A program made the translations under genes and the position numbers. A stretch of 32,000 nucleotides of DNA, from contig NZ_RSDW01000001.1 of assembly GCF_003945235.1 (NCBI RefSeq), forward strand, positions 3,240,001 through 3,272,000, in the 5' to 3' direction. Below are positions 7,273-16,495 of the stretch, piece after piece (the first letter of the stretch is position 1; every line of letters starts with the position of its first letter). The stretch comes from Edaphobacter aggregans. GTDB taxonomy: Bacteria; Acidobacteriota; Terriglobia; Terriglobales; Acidobacteriaceae. The notes under the pieces were generated by a model. That model saw only the letters and a program-made list of their open reading frames with translations, was not told the origin of the DNA and ran no database searches.

Positions 7273-8211
7273 ATGAAGTCTTTGATCTTTGCTCTCTTTG
7301 TCGTATTTGCATTTGGCGTTTTAAGCGCGCAGCAGCCCGTCTGGCAGCCGTCGCCAGGACACACGCAAATCCCCATATGGCCGGGGCCAGCGCCTGATGC
7401 GCGGCGTGCCGCAGGGCCGGAGGTCGCTAAGACGACGGGGAAGGACTCGCTCGTCGCCGACAGGCCGTGGGTCTCTGTGGAGAACGTCTCGCACCCTACG
7501 ATGACGGTCTATTCGCCAAAGGGGAAAAATACGGGCGCTGCAGTAGTCGTGTTCCCTGGCGGAGGCTATGAGATTCTTGCCATCGACCTCGAAGGCACGG
7601 AGGTTTGTGATTGGCTGACGTCCAGGGGGATCACGTGCGTGCTCTTGAAATACCGCGTGCCAGCGCCAAGATCGTCTCCGAATTGGGGAGCTTTTCCGCA
7701 ATCACCGATGGCCTTGGAAGATGCGCAGAGGACAGTGGGGCTGGTGCGCTTTCACGCTGCCGAGTGGCACATCAATCCGCACAGAATTGGAGTGCTCGGG
7801 TTTTCGGCGGGCGGCCATCTGGTGGCCGCGATGAGCACGCACTTCAAGAAGCGTTTGTATCTGCCGGTCGATGCCGCTGACAAAGAAAGCTGCCGACCGG
7901 ACTTTGCGGTAGCGATTTACCCGGGACACCTGATGCTTGGCGGCGGAAAGTTTGAACTGAATCCCAACGTTCCCGTCACCAGCCAGACGCCGCCGACGTT
8001 CTTACTGCAGGACGAGGATGACCACGTGGACAACGTAAACGACTCGCTGGTCTACTACATCGCCTTGAAGAAGGCCGGAGTACCCGTCGAGATGCATTTG
8101 TACCCGCAGGGAGGCCATGCATTTGGACTGCGACGCACAAAGTTCCCGGTAACAGCATGGCCTCAATTAGTGGAGACGTGGCTGGGAACGCTCGGAATGA
8201 CTTCAGAGTAG
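7273..8211 (+). CDS. Secreted alpha/beta-hydrolase (esterase/lipase-type)
   Basis: Signal peptide MKSLIFALFVVFAFGVLSAQQ, oxyanion-hole-like FPGGGY, and nucleophile elbow GFSAGGH. ATG 7273 follows GGGGA (7264-7268). The ORF-track start at 7270 is a TTG one codon upstream. Confidence 0.85.
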   Translation: MKSLIFALFVVFAFGVLSAQQPVWQPSPGHTQIPIWPGPAPDARRAAGPEVAKTTGKDSLVADRPWVSVENVSHPTMTVYSPKGKNTGAAVVVFPGGGYEILAIDLEGTEVCDWLTSRGITCVLLKYRVPAPRSSPNWGAFPQSPMALEDAQRTVGLVRFHAAEWHINPHRIGVLGFSAGGHLVAAMSTHFKKRLYLPVDAADKESCRPDFAVAIYPGHLMLGGGKFELNPNVPVTSQTPPTFLLQDEDDHVDNVNDSLVYYIALKKAGVPVEMHLYPQGGHAFGLRRTKFPVTAWPQLVETWLGTLGMTSE

Positions 8212-8272
8212 GCGCTGGGACTGCAGGTTCCCCATTCATCGTGATGAGTGGAAATGTAAGACTTTCCCCCGC

Positions 8273-8405
8273 GTTGTTTGCCTTTGCAGTGGTTGTTGCC
8301 GTTGCTTTTGCCGTTCTTGTTTGTCATCCCCGAAGGGGACCTGCTTTTGCTTTTGCTTTTGCCGTTGCTGTTGTCGTTGCTTCTGCCGTTGCCGTCGCCG
8401 TCGCA
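8273..8405. repeat. Family-1 intergenic repeat unit (one core plus GTTGCN/GCTTTT tracts)
   Basis: The exact 23-mer GTCATCCCCGAAGGGGACCTGCT is at 8323-8345, in the same orientation as the 6.9-7.1 kb copies. It is flanked by gttgttgccgttgcttttgccgtt and gcttttgcttttgccgttgctgttgtcgttgc. Confidence 0.85.
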
Positions 8406-8493
8406 TCGAGGTACCCCAAGGTTTCAGCCTTGGGTCTCTCGAACGCACCAGAAAAGGGGGACTTTAGCCCCTACGGTATCCCCACCACCCCGC

Positions 8494-8563
8494 AGACGCA
8501 CATCAACAAACCAGCATTCCCACACTTTTTTCCACTAGTTACCCACCAAAAACCACCCACAAC
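8494..8563 (+). repeat. Family-2 ~70-nt element (C/A-rich as written), copy B
   Basis: agacgcacaTCAACAAACCagcattCCCACACTTTTTtccactagttaCCCACCAAAAACCACCcac aligns at roughly 80 percent identity by eye with the reverse complement of 21000-21076. It abuts the stop codon of the minus-strand gene at 8564. Confidence 0.6.
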
Positions 8564-8926
8564 TCACCGCAACCGCTCCCGAACCTCAGTCCGCACCAGG
8601 TACAAAAAAAACACCAGCGAAAACAACCCTTGCACCAGAAAAAACCCAGCATGCAGGCGGGAAAAAATAAATAAATAACCAACACTCAACAACATACAAG
8701 CAGCCGCCACCAGAGCCCATCCCCACTTCTTCAGCCGCAGAAGCCCAAAGATCCCCACCGCCAGCAGCGTACAAACCGCAAGCACGCCATACTTTGGCCC
8801 ACCTTCGCCAAACCTGCCCTGCAACGCTGCAAACGCGTTGACTATCGTCATAAAAATCAAGTACATACAGATGCCGGCAATCCCCGGCAACATCTGTCCC
8901 GCCGCTACCTTCTTCTCATCGCTCAT
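8564..8926 (-). CDS. Small integral membrane protein (hypothetical, about 4 TM segments)
   Basis: 120 aa with hydrophobic segments (GIAGICMYLIFMTIVNAF, VLAVCTLLAVGIFGLL, ALVAAACMLLSVGYLFIF, FFLVQGLFSLVFFLYL). An ATGA start/stop overlap with the upstream cytochrome c gene suggests co-translation. Confidence 0.6.
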   Translation of the reverse strand: MSDEKKVAAGQMLPGIAGICMYLIFMTIVNAFAALQGRFGEGGPKYGVLAVCTLLAVGIFGLLRLKKWGWALVAAACMLLSVGYLFIFSRLHAGFFLVQGLFSLVFFLYLVRTEVRERLR

Positions 8927-9267
8927 AAAGTATGCAGATACGCCAAAAGATCATCTAAATCCTGCTGATCCAGCATGTTACCCTGCGCCGGCATCATGTT
9001 CCGCCCATGCAGAATAGTCGCCGAGACCCGCTCATCCGTCGCCGCGGCACCACTAGGCAGATACTGCCGCTTGAAAACCCCAACCATCGAAGGCCCATTC
9101 AAAGGAGCATCTTTCCGGTCATTATGGCAAATCACGCAATGCGCCTGATACACCCCATGTCCCCGCATCTGCTGCGCATTCAATAAGTTAAGAGGGGTAG
9201 GCGGAGGCGTCGACTTACACCCCGCCAGCACACACGCCAGCACCAACAGAAAAAAACCTCGGATCAC
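8923..9267 (-). CDS. Class I c-type cytochrome, lipoprotein
   Basis: 114 aa. Lipobox LLVLACVLAGC, heme motif CVICH, and a distal Met candidate in HGRNMMPAQG. GTG start. Confidence 0.85.
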   Translation of the reverse strand: MIRGFFLLVLACVLAGCKSTPPPTPLNLLNAQQMRGHGVYQAHCVICHNDRKDAPLNGPSMVGVFKRQYLPSGAAATDERVSATILHGRNMMPAQGNMLDQQDLDDLLAYLHTL

Positions 9268-9283
9268 CCTTTTATTCTCTCAT

Positions 9284-10033
9284 CTACCGCCGCATCCCCT
9301 GCACCAGCAACATCACCCCGATGCCCGCCAGCCCACAGTACACATACTTCAGAAACGTTTCTCCCTGCATGCGATGATTCATTACTCTGCCGAGCCAGAT
9401 TCCCACCGGCAACACTGGCAGGCAGAGCAGATAATAATGCGTCACAACAGGAACCCACAGCCCTGTCAGCCAATACCCGAACATGCCAATCATGCTCGCC
9501 GGCAGAAAGTAACCCTGCAATGTGGCACGAAAATGCTGTGCAGACCAGCGACGCATCGCTCCGTAAATCACGAGTGGCGGTCCATTCATTCCGTACGCCC
9601 CACCAAGTACACCCGCGAGAAATCCGGACCAAACAACCCATCGTTTGCTATCGCTCTTTAACTCTGGCGGCTTTTTCCCGACCAGGGAAAAAACTGAAAA
9701 AGCCATGATCAAAACCGCCAAAGTGACCATTACGGCGCGCTGATGCCGACTCGCCAGCAGCATCAGTCCCACCGGTGTACCAATCATTGTGGAGGCCACC
9801 AGCCACCCCACGCTCCGTACGTGGATCTTCCTCCAGTCTTGCGCAACCACCACTGCGGCAATCGTGATGGACACAAGCACTGCTAGCGGCGCGGCGGTTT
9901 TAACTGGCAAAAAAAGGGCGAGAAGCGGCACAGCAATAAGCGCCTCTCCAAATCCAAATGCCGATCGAATCAGCGTGGCCACGAACACGACTGCCACAAC
10001 CCACACCGCAGTTGCATCCATCAGCGCATCCAC
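9284..10033 (-). CDS. TauE/SafE (DUF81) family anion exporter
   Basis: 249 aa and polytopic. SAFGFGEALIAVPLLALFLP and GVLGGAYGMNGPPLVIY are typical of the sulfite-exporter TauE/SafE family. The start is GTG 10033, or alternatively ATG 10021. Confidence 0.88.
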   Translation of the reverse strand: MDALMDATAVWVVAVVFVATLIRSAFGFGEALIAVPLLALFLPVKTAAPLAVLVSITIAAVVVAQDWRKIHVRSVGWLVASTMIGTPVGLMLLASRHQRAVMVTLAVLIMAFSVFSLVGKKPPELKSDSKRWVVWSGFLAGVLGGAYGMNGPPLVIYGAMRRWSAQHFRATLQGYFLPASMIGMFGYWLTGLWVPVVTHYYLLCLPVLPVGIWLGRVMNHRMQGETFLKYVYCGLAGIGVMLLVQGMRR

Positions 10034-10123
10034 TGTCTGTCAAGGAAGGTTACAGACAATTGACTGATGCCCATCCTTCAATTGTAGTAGCTGGTCACGC
10101 CCGCAATGTCACACCTGCCTCTT

Positions 10124-11752
10124 CTAGTTCGCCGCCGCAATCGCTGCCACAATCTTGTCCATCACGTCACGGTCCGCATTCGACCGAGGCATATGGTTCC
10201 CCACCATGATCGAAAAAATAACCGTGCGCCCGCTAGCGCCCTCTAAAAAACCACTCAAAGCCCGCGCTTCTCCAAGGGTCCCGGTCTTCGCAAACACATG
10301 ATTTTTCAATGGATCCTTCCCAAACCGCTCCGCCAGCGACCCATCCTGACCACCCACGGGCAGCGACTTTTTCCAATCCGCAAACCAAGGCTGCGTACTC
10401 GCATATTGCAGCAATTTCACCGTAGCCCGCGGAGTCACCAGGTCATGCCCACTCAACCCCGACCCATCAAAAAAAACAAAATCATCCGGATCAATCCCCA
10501 CCTTCGTCGTTAAAAAACTCCTTACCACCCGAGCCCCTTGAGCCACTGAACCATCTTCTCCGGCAAAATACCCAAGCTGCCGCAGCATCAACTCTGCATG
10601 AAGATTCTGGCTAACCTTATTCGTCACCACAATATCCTCACCAAGCGCTGATGACGGATGCTCTGCCAGTTTCTTCATTTCAGGTTTCATCGTCTCTGTA
10701 CCTAATCCCGATCTCCCTCCTGAATTTGCCGGTAGAGGCTCACGAGCCTGAGCCACGAAACCTCTCGAATCCACAGGTAGTCGATGCTCTGCCCGAGCCT
10801 TCCCCGTCACAACGATCCCCCTCGCCTCCAGCATCGCCTTCAGCGTCACTGCTGCGTACTCCGCCGGATCATGAATCGCCACTTCCTCCTCGTCCGGTTG
10901 AGCATCCACCGCAATCGACCCATATACCCGCAGCGCCGTCGCCCCGAGTGCACGTTCGATCTCGACATGGGTGCCACTCTTAACTCCACCAGTTACCAGC
11001 CCCGAAACATCCACCGTGTAGTAAGGAATCGCCGGATCCATAGTCACCGTGGCAGGTTTTCCCATCGCGGTCCCTGGCGTTATCTTCAACTTGATCTGAT
11101 TGTCATTAACTGTCAGCGCCGATACCGGAGCCCCATATCCCCACACCGTGTCATCAATCGACCAGTCCTCTGGATAAGGTTCCCACGGAAATATGGTGTC
11201 ATTCCCCACCACATCACCATTCACCACCTTTAGCCCGGTCTTCTCAATCTGGTCCGCTAGCTCTGCCAAATAACGCAGCGCAGGGGGCGATGGCGCTGCC
11301 GGCTTCGTCCTCAGTGTTGGCGGTACATAAGGAATCTCGCGGCCCGAGAGATTTGCATCGCCTCCGCCCCATAGAATCACATCTCCACGCAACTCCCCTT
11401 GATTCGCAAAGCTTCCCTTGGCAAACACCTGTGTTGCAAATACCCTATCGGTCCCCAGTAACGCCATCGCCGCCGCGGTCGTATACAACTTCGCATTGCT
11501 GGCTGGCTGAAAAAGCTGCCCCTCATTCAGCGAGTAGATCGGCGACCCATCCATCCCTGTCACCTTGATCCCCCAGTGCGCCCGCGACACAGCCGGATCA
11601 GCCAGCAACCCCTCAATCTGCCGCGCGAGCGGGGTAGAAGAGCCACCCCGACCCGTCTTCTCCGCCAAGCCATCACTCGCAACACTCTGCGCCTGCGCAA
11701 CCCCAGCGCACACAGCCGTCAAAAACACTAGGTCACGAAACATCTTCATCAT
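10124..11752 (-). CDS. dacB: D-alanyl-D-alanine carboxypeptidase/endopeptidase (PBP4, peptidase S13)
   Basis: 542 aa. Signal peptide MMKMFRDLVFLTAVCAGVAQAQS. Active-site triad of motifs: SNAK (PASNAKLYT), SQN (KVSQNLHAE) and KTG (AKTGTLGEA). Confidence 0.93.
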   Translation of the reverse strand: MMKMFRDLVFLTAVCAGVAQAQSVASDGLAEKTGRGGSSTPLARQIEGLLADPAVSRAHWGIKVTGMDGSPIYSLNEGQLFQPASNAKLYTTAAAMALLGTDRVFATQVFAKGSFANQGELRGDVILWGGGDANLSGREIPYVPPTLRTKPAAPSPPALRYLAELADQIEKTGLKVVNGDVVGNDTIFPWEPYPEDWSIDDTVWGYGAPVSALTVNDNQIKLKITPGTAMGKPATVTMDPAIPYYTVDVSGLVTGGVKSGTHVEIERALGATALRVYGSIAVDAQPDEEEVAIHDPAEYAAVTLKAMLEARGIVVTGKARAEHRLPVDSRGFVAQAREPLPANSGGRSGLGTETMKPEMKKLAEHPSSALGEDIVVTNKVSQNLHAELMLRQLGYFAGEDGSVAQGARVVRSFLTTKVGIDPDDFVFFDGSGLSGHDLVTPRATVKLLQYASTQPWFADWKKSLPVGGQDGSLAERFGKDPLKNHVFAKTGTLGEARALSGFLEGASGRTVIFSIMVGNHMPRSNADRDVMDKIVAAIAAAN

Positions 11753-11830
11753 TCGCGCAGTCTAGCATCCGCCGCGCCGTCATCAGCACTCCCTATTCCC
11801 TACGCCCGACTCCCTGCATAGAATCCCCCC

Positions 11831-12751
11831 ATGTCCCTTTCGCCCCGTCCACGTTATGACTGGCGCCTTCGCACCCGCACCCTCCCCCTCGGCCTGCGCA
11901 CCCTTATCATGGGCATCCTCAACATCACCCCCGACTCCTTCTCCGACGGGGGCCACTTCTACACCCCCAATGACGCTCCCCACCGAGCACTCACCCAAGC
12001 CCTCCGCATGCTCGACGATGGGGCCGACATCCTCGACATCGGCGGCGAATCCACCCGTCCCAACGCCATCCCGCTCACCCCCTCGGAAGAGCAGTCTCGC
12101 ATTCTCCCTGTTATCGAAGCCATCCTCAAAGAACGCCCCGACACCATCCTCTCCGTCGACACCTTCCACGCGACAACTGCCTCTCAGGCCGTCGAAGCTG
12201 GAGCCGAGATAGTCAACGACGTCAGCGGCCACCTCTGGGATCCCGCCATGTCCACCACCTGCGCCGCGCTCGCCTGCGGGACCATCCTCATGCACACCCG
12301 AGGCCGTCCCCACGAATGGCCCCACCTCCCACCACTTGCTCCAGCCGAAGTCCTCCCTCTCGTCCTCACCGGCCTAAAAGAACGTATCGAAGCCGCAATC
12401 ACTGTAGGCATCTTCAGCGATCGACTCGTCCTCGACCCGGGCCTCGGCTTCGGCAAGCGCTTCGACGACAACTACCCGCTCCTCGCCCACCTCGACCAGC
12501 TCCACCGGCTCAACCTACCCATTCTCATCGGAGCCTCACGCAAAGGCTTCCTGGCTCACACCCTTGCCCAGATCCCATCTCAAGCTGCCATCAACCAGGG
12601 AAACCCACCACCCACCGAAGCTCGCCTCCACGCCACCACGGCAGCCAACACATCCGCAATCCTGGCTGGAGCCCATATCCTCCGAGTGCACGACGTCCGC
12701 CCCACCGTCGAAGCTGCAGCCATCGCTGACCGCATCCTCAGTGCTCTCTAA
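11831..12751 (+). CDS. folP: Dihydropteroate synthase
   Basis: 306 aa. Contains MGILNITPDSFSDGG, DILDIGGESTRP and NDVSG motifs, with a pterin-binding-domain layout. Confidence 0.95.
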   Translation: MSLSPRPRYDWRLRTRTLPLGLRTLIMGILNITPDSFSDGGHFYTPNDAPHRALTQALRMLDDGADILDIGGESTRPNAIPLTPSEEQSRILPVIEAILKERPDTILSVDTFHATTASQAVEAGAEIVNDVSGHLWDPAMSTTCAALACGTILMHTRGRPHEWPHLPPLAPAEVLPLVLTGLKERIEAAITVGIFSDRLVLDPGLGFGKRFDDNYPLLAHLDQLHRLNLPILIGASRKGFLAHTLAQIPSQAAINQGNPPPTEARLHATTAANTSAILAGAHILRVHDVRPTVEAAAIADRILSAL

Positions 12752-12778
12752 GCACTCGCCCCCTCATCGCCGGCAAGA

Positions 12779-13822
12779 TCAAGGTTCTGCGTAGTACCCC
12801 TGAAGCGTGCGTGCCGCAAGACCTGGCTTTGCGACCTTCACCTCAATGTGGTGATACTCGTCACGATGATCAGCGGGCGCATGATCGAACGAGAGCTCGT
12901 AGTAAGCACCCGTATCGGCCATGCTCCGCTGCAGCAAAGCACTGACGTCATTGCTGGAGCTCAGGGCAAGACCGCCAGTCTGGGTGGCGATCACCTGCAG
13001 GGCTAAGTCGCCAAGATTTACCTGATCTGGCTTGCTGACGCCCTTCAGAAACGACTCGTAGTAGAAGTTATGTTGGAGCGATTCGTCGGCTCCGAGCGGA
13101 TCGATGCTGTAAAGCGTGACATGAGCCTGTCGAAGCTCCGTGGACAGGTTGACGATATCGGTGAAGATCTGCTGCCGTTGCTTCGGGCTGAGCTCGATAT
13201 TGGGGCCTGTGAGCAGCGGCCAGCCGGGCGATACCCAAAGAATGATCTTACGGCCGGGCCTGGCTGCCTCACGCACAGCAAGCTGATGAAGCGCGGTGAG
13301 CGAGAGCTGGAAACGTTCGTCAGCGCCATAAATCCCGCTGGAGCGTCGGATAGTGCGGAGACCGACTGCGTATTTCTCCAGATCGGCACTAAGCGCATTG
13401 CCATCGCTCGATGAGCCATCCTGTATCTGGGTGCCGTCATCCGTAAAGATCGCGAGGGTTGTCGGGTGCGCCAGCCGCCCCTCGTTTGCACGCAGAAATT
13501 TATCGATCTCAGTGCGCGCATAGGCTAGCTTCTGATACGAAATGTTGACCGCATCGACAAGCAGAATAACCTCGATCGGAGCTTCACTTCCGCCCAAAGC
13601 GCGAAAGGACGTAACCGGCCTCGGAGTCTTGTTATCGAGCACCGTGAAGTCCTGTTGCTGAAGCCCGGCGACAGGCGGCCCAGACTTCGGCGTGACAACA
13701 ACATCAAGGTGAATTTTGCTCGAAGGCTCATCCGCAGGAGCGTTCTGCTGGGCTGAAGCTAGAGTAGGGAACTGCAGAAGAGCTAGAAGCAGAAGGGCGC
13801 TAAAGCGAGTCTCTATGGCCAT
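12779..13822 (-). CDS. Secreted VWA-domain protein (acidobacterial VWFA-related family)
   Basis: I use ATG 13822, which gives signal peptide MAIETRFSALLLLALLQFPTLASAQQ. The ORF track extends to 13936 without signal-like sequence. Architecture and C-terminus (YHHIEVKVAKPGLAARTLQGYYA) match the acidobacterial VWFA family as I recall it. The MIDAS position reads DAVNIS, which is degenerate. Confidence 0.82.
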   Translation of the reverse strand: MAIETRFSALLLLALLQFPTLASAQQNAPADEPSSKIHLDVVVTPKSGPPVAGLQQQDFTVLDNKTPRPVTSFRALGGSEAPIEVILLVDAVNISYQKLAYARTEIDKFLRANEGRLAHPTTLAIFTDDGTQIQDGSSSDGNALSADLEKYAVGLRTIRRSSGIYGADERFQLSLTALHQLAVREAARPGRKIILWVSPGWPLLTGPNIELSPKQRQQIFTDIVNLSTELRQAHVTLYSIDPLGADESLQHNFYYESFLKGVSKPDQVNLGDLALQVIATQTGGLALSSSNDVSALLQRSMADTGAYYELSFDHAPADHRDEYHHIEVKVAKPGLAARTLQGYYAEP

Positions 13823-13958
13823 GTCTTCCTCTGTCCGCGCGCGCAAAGCCTCGCCAGAAAGCCTCGCGAGGCCGCCATACGGACGCACTGCTATAGAGAT
13901 AGACGCAAGGACCCTCGGATAAGTCGATGAATTCACTAGTTCAAAGCGAATTTAGTTC

Positions 13959-16379
13959 TCACTCGGCACGCAACGCTTCAGTGGGATCCACCGACGCGGC
14001 CCGACTCGCAGGTACACTCACCGCCACCGCGGCGATCAAAGCCAACCCCGCGATGGTGATCGATACCGAGAGCGGATCAATCGTGCTCGTATGGAAAAGC
14101 AGCCCGTTGATCAGCCGAGCACCCGCAAGCGCAACCGCGAGCCCAGCCACGATCCCAACCGCAGCAAATCTCCCCGCCTGCCCCAGCACCAGCCGCAGAA
14201 TATCCTCGCGATCTGCTCCCACTGCCATCCGCACACCGATCTCGCGAGTGCGCTGCACGACCATGTAAGACAGCACCCCATAGATCCCAATCGCCGCCAG
14301 CGCCAACGCTACAAAGGCAAACAAGCCGAGCAACTCCGCCGTCATCCGCTGCCGCGCCACAGAGTCCGACAGCAAACCATCCAGAGTCAGCACGTGATAA
14401 ATCGGCAGTTTCGGGTCCAACCCATGCACTGCGTTCTTCACAACCGAGACCATGCCTTCAGGATCCACCGCAGACCTCACCAGCAGTACCGCATGCGGTC
14501 CGAAGCCCGGCGCGTAAATCTCCGGCAGAGCCTCCGTATCCATGCCCTGATCATGCGCATTCGCCACAACCCCAACCACCGGAACCTTCGACGGATTCGC
14601 GCTCAAAACTCCGACGATGACCTTCGCCCCCAACGGATCTCTTCCCGCCAGATACCGCTGAGCAAACGCCTCATTCACCACAAAGAAGTTAGGCTGATCG
14701 ATATCCTTCTGCTCAAACACTCTCCCTTCCTTCAGACCGATCCCCATCGTCTTAAAAAAATCCGGACTAACATAGCGAATCTGCGCCAGCGGAAACGCCC
14801 CAGGAGCCGGCGCAGGCGCCCCTTCAATGAGAAAGCGCGTCATGACCTGCGAAGGTTTGAGCGGAAGCACATTGATACTTGCGGCAGAGCGAACACTCGG
14901 CGACAGCGCCACTTTCTCGAGCACTCGTTCATAAAATCGATTTGCCTCGGGACCGCCCTGCGGATACTGTGGCTCCGGCAGCGTAATCTCGGCACTTAGC
15001 AAATGATCCGTACGGAAGCCAGTATCAACAGCAAGCAACTTCTGAAAACTCCGAATCACCAGTGTGCTAAGAAACAGAACCACAACCGCGACCGCAATCT
15101 CCCCCGCGACCAGCGCCCCTCTGCTCCAGCTCTTTGCGCCAGTGCTGCCACGATCTCCCGGATGCAGCGCCTCCGTCAGATTCGATGCCCTCCTCATCAA
15201 AGGCAGCAGTCCAAACAGAAGCGCAGTGAACGTGCAGATTCCAAGCGTGAACAGAAGTACCGGAACGCTGAGGCTGACAGAATGAATCATCGAAAGATCA
15301 AGACCCGCAGCATGCGAAAGCGCAAGCCTCAGCAACGGCAGCGCACAAGCTGCGAGCAGCGTTCCCAGCGCCCCTCCCAGCAAACACAGCACTAACGTCT
15401 GAGCGAGAAACTGCGAAAACAGCCGACCGCGACTAGCGCCGAGCGCCTGACGAACCGCAATCTCCCGCCGATTAGCCGCAGCCCGCACCATCAGAAGATT
15501 GGCGACGTTCGCGCAAGCGATCAACAGTACCAGCACAACTGCACCTAGAAGGCTGAGAAGCGCTGGCCGCAAACTCCCCACTAGCTGCTCACGCAGCGGA
15601 GCAAGCAACACGCCTTCGTTGCGATTCGTTGCAGGGTAAGCTGCAGCGAGACGACCAGCAACCGTCTCCATGTCAGCTCTGGCCTCTTGCAACCCAACGC
15701 CAGGACGCAGCCTGCCCAGCACATTCACCGAATGCCACACCCGCGATGCCTGCGTCGGTTGATCCAGCAGCGACAGCGGCAGCCACACCTCACCTTCCGC
15801 GGGATAAGCAGCGCCAGCCGGCAGCACCCCAACGATCGTGTAGCTCGCGCCATTGAGATCGACATTGCTCCCAACCACACTCGGATCCCCACTGAAGTAC
15901 CGTTGCCACGCATCCGAACTCAGCACGGCAACATGATTATTTCCGGACACGTCATCGTGTTCATTAATCATCCGGCCAATCTGGGCAGAAAGCCCAAGCA
16001 CCGAAAAGAAATTGCCGGACGCGAGCACGCGATGCACCTGCTCCGAGCGCCCATCCATCGTCAGCGAAATCGTATTCGGATTGAGAGTGGAATACGCTCC
16101 AATCTGCGCGAAGGTCTTCTGCTGCGCCCGCCAATCCTGATAATCCGGATAAGTAGCCTCCGTGCCACCCTTCACCTGTGGATGAGTCTCGCCCAAAGCC
16201 ACAATTCGCTCAGCGTCCGTAAACGGAAGCGACTTCAGCAGCAACCCATAGACCGTACTGAAAATAGCTGTCGTCGCCCCTATACCAAGGGCCAGCGTCA
16301 AAACCGCTGTTACGGTAAACCCCGGAGATTTACGCAACTGACGAACGGCATAGCGAATATCCTGCAGAAAAACCCGCAT
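13959..16379 (-). CDS. ADOP-family permease (duplicated MacB/FtsX-type ABC permease, no adjacent ATPase)
   Basis: N-terminus MRVFLQDIRYAVRQLRKSPGFTVTAVLTLALGIGATTAIFS, with two FtsX-like 4-TM modules separated by periplasmic domains. ATG 16379 is preceded by GAGGTGGAG. The ORF-track GTG 16388 lies 3 codons upstream. Confidence 0.92.
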   Translation of the reverse strand: MRVFLQDIRYAVRQLRKSPGFTVTAVLTLALGIGATTAIFSTVYGLLLKSLPFTDAERIVALGETHPQVKGGTEATYPDYQDWRAQQKTFAQIGAYSTLNPNTISLTMDGRSEQVHRVLASGNFFSVLGLSAQIGRMINEHDDVSGNNHVAVLSSDAWQRYFSGDPSVVGSNVDLNGASYTIVGVLPAGAAYPAEGEVWLPLSLLDQPTQASRVWHSVNVLGRLRPGVGLQEARADMETVAGRLAAAYPATNRNEGVLLAPLREQLVGSLRPALLSLLGAVVLVLLIACANVANLLMVRAAANRREIAVRQALGASRGRLFSQFLAQTLVLCLLGGALGTLLAACALPLLRLALSHAAGLDLSMIHSVSLSVPVLLFTLGICTFTALLFGLLPLMRRASNLTEALHPGDRGSTGAKSWSRGALVAGEIAVAVVVLFLSTLVIRSFQKLLAVDTGFRTDHLLSAEITLPEPQYPQGGPEANRFYERVLEKVALSPSVRSAASINVLPLKPSQVMTRFLIEGAPAPAPGAFPLAQIRYVSPDFFKTMGIGLKEGRVFEQKDIDQPNFFVVNEAFAQRYLAGRDPLGAKVIVGVLSANPSKVPVVGVVANAHDQGMDTEALPEIYAPGFGPHAVLLVRSAVDPEGMVSVVKNAVHGLDPKLPIYHVLTLDGLLSDSVARQRMTAELLGLFAFVALALAAIGIYGVLSYMVVQRTREIGVRMAVGADREDILRLVLGQAGRFAAVGIVAGLAVALAGARLINGLLFHTSTIDPLSVSITIAGLALIAAVAVSVPASRAASVDPTEALRAE

Positions 16380-16495
16380 CGTCTCCACCTCGTAAAGAAA
16401 CAGACGGCCGCACTAACAAGAAGTATTGGGCCAGCGCCAAGGCGACGAAACATCGTTGTTTCTTTTGCCGTAGTTTCTGTGACGAATGGTTGATC

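Noticed and set aside
13848-13872. Inverted repeat GCCTCGC...GCGAGGC between the ADOP stop and the VWA start, considered as an internal terminator.
   Set aside because: It has only a 7-bp stem with an 11-nt loop and a weak TTTCT tail on the minus strand. This is not enough to call. It is noted only as a possible attenuator between the two genes.
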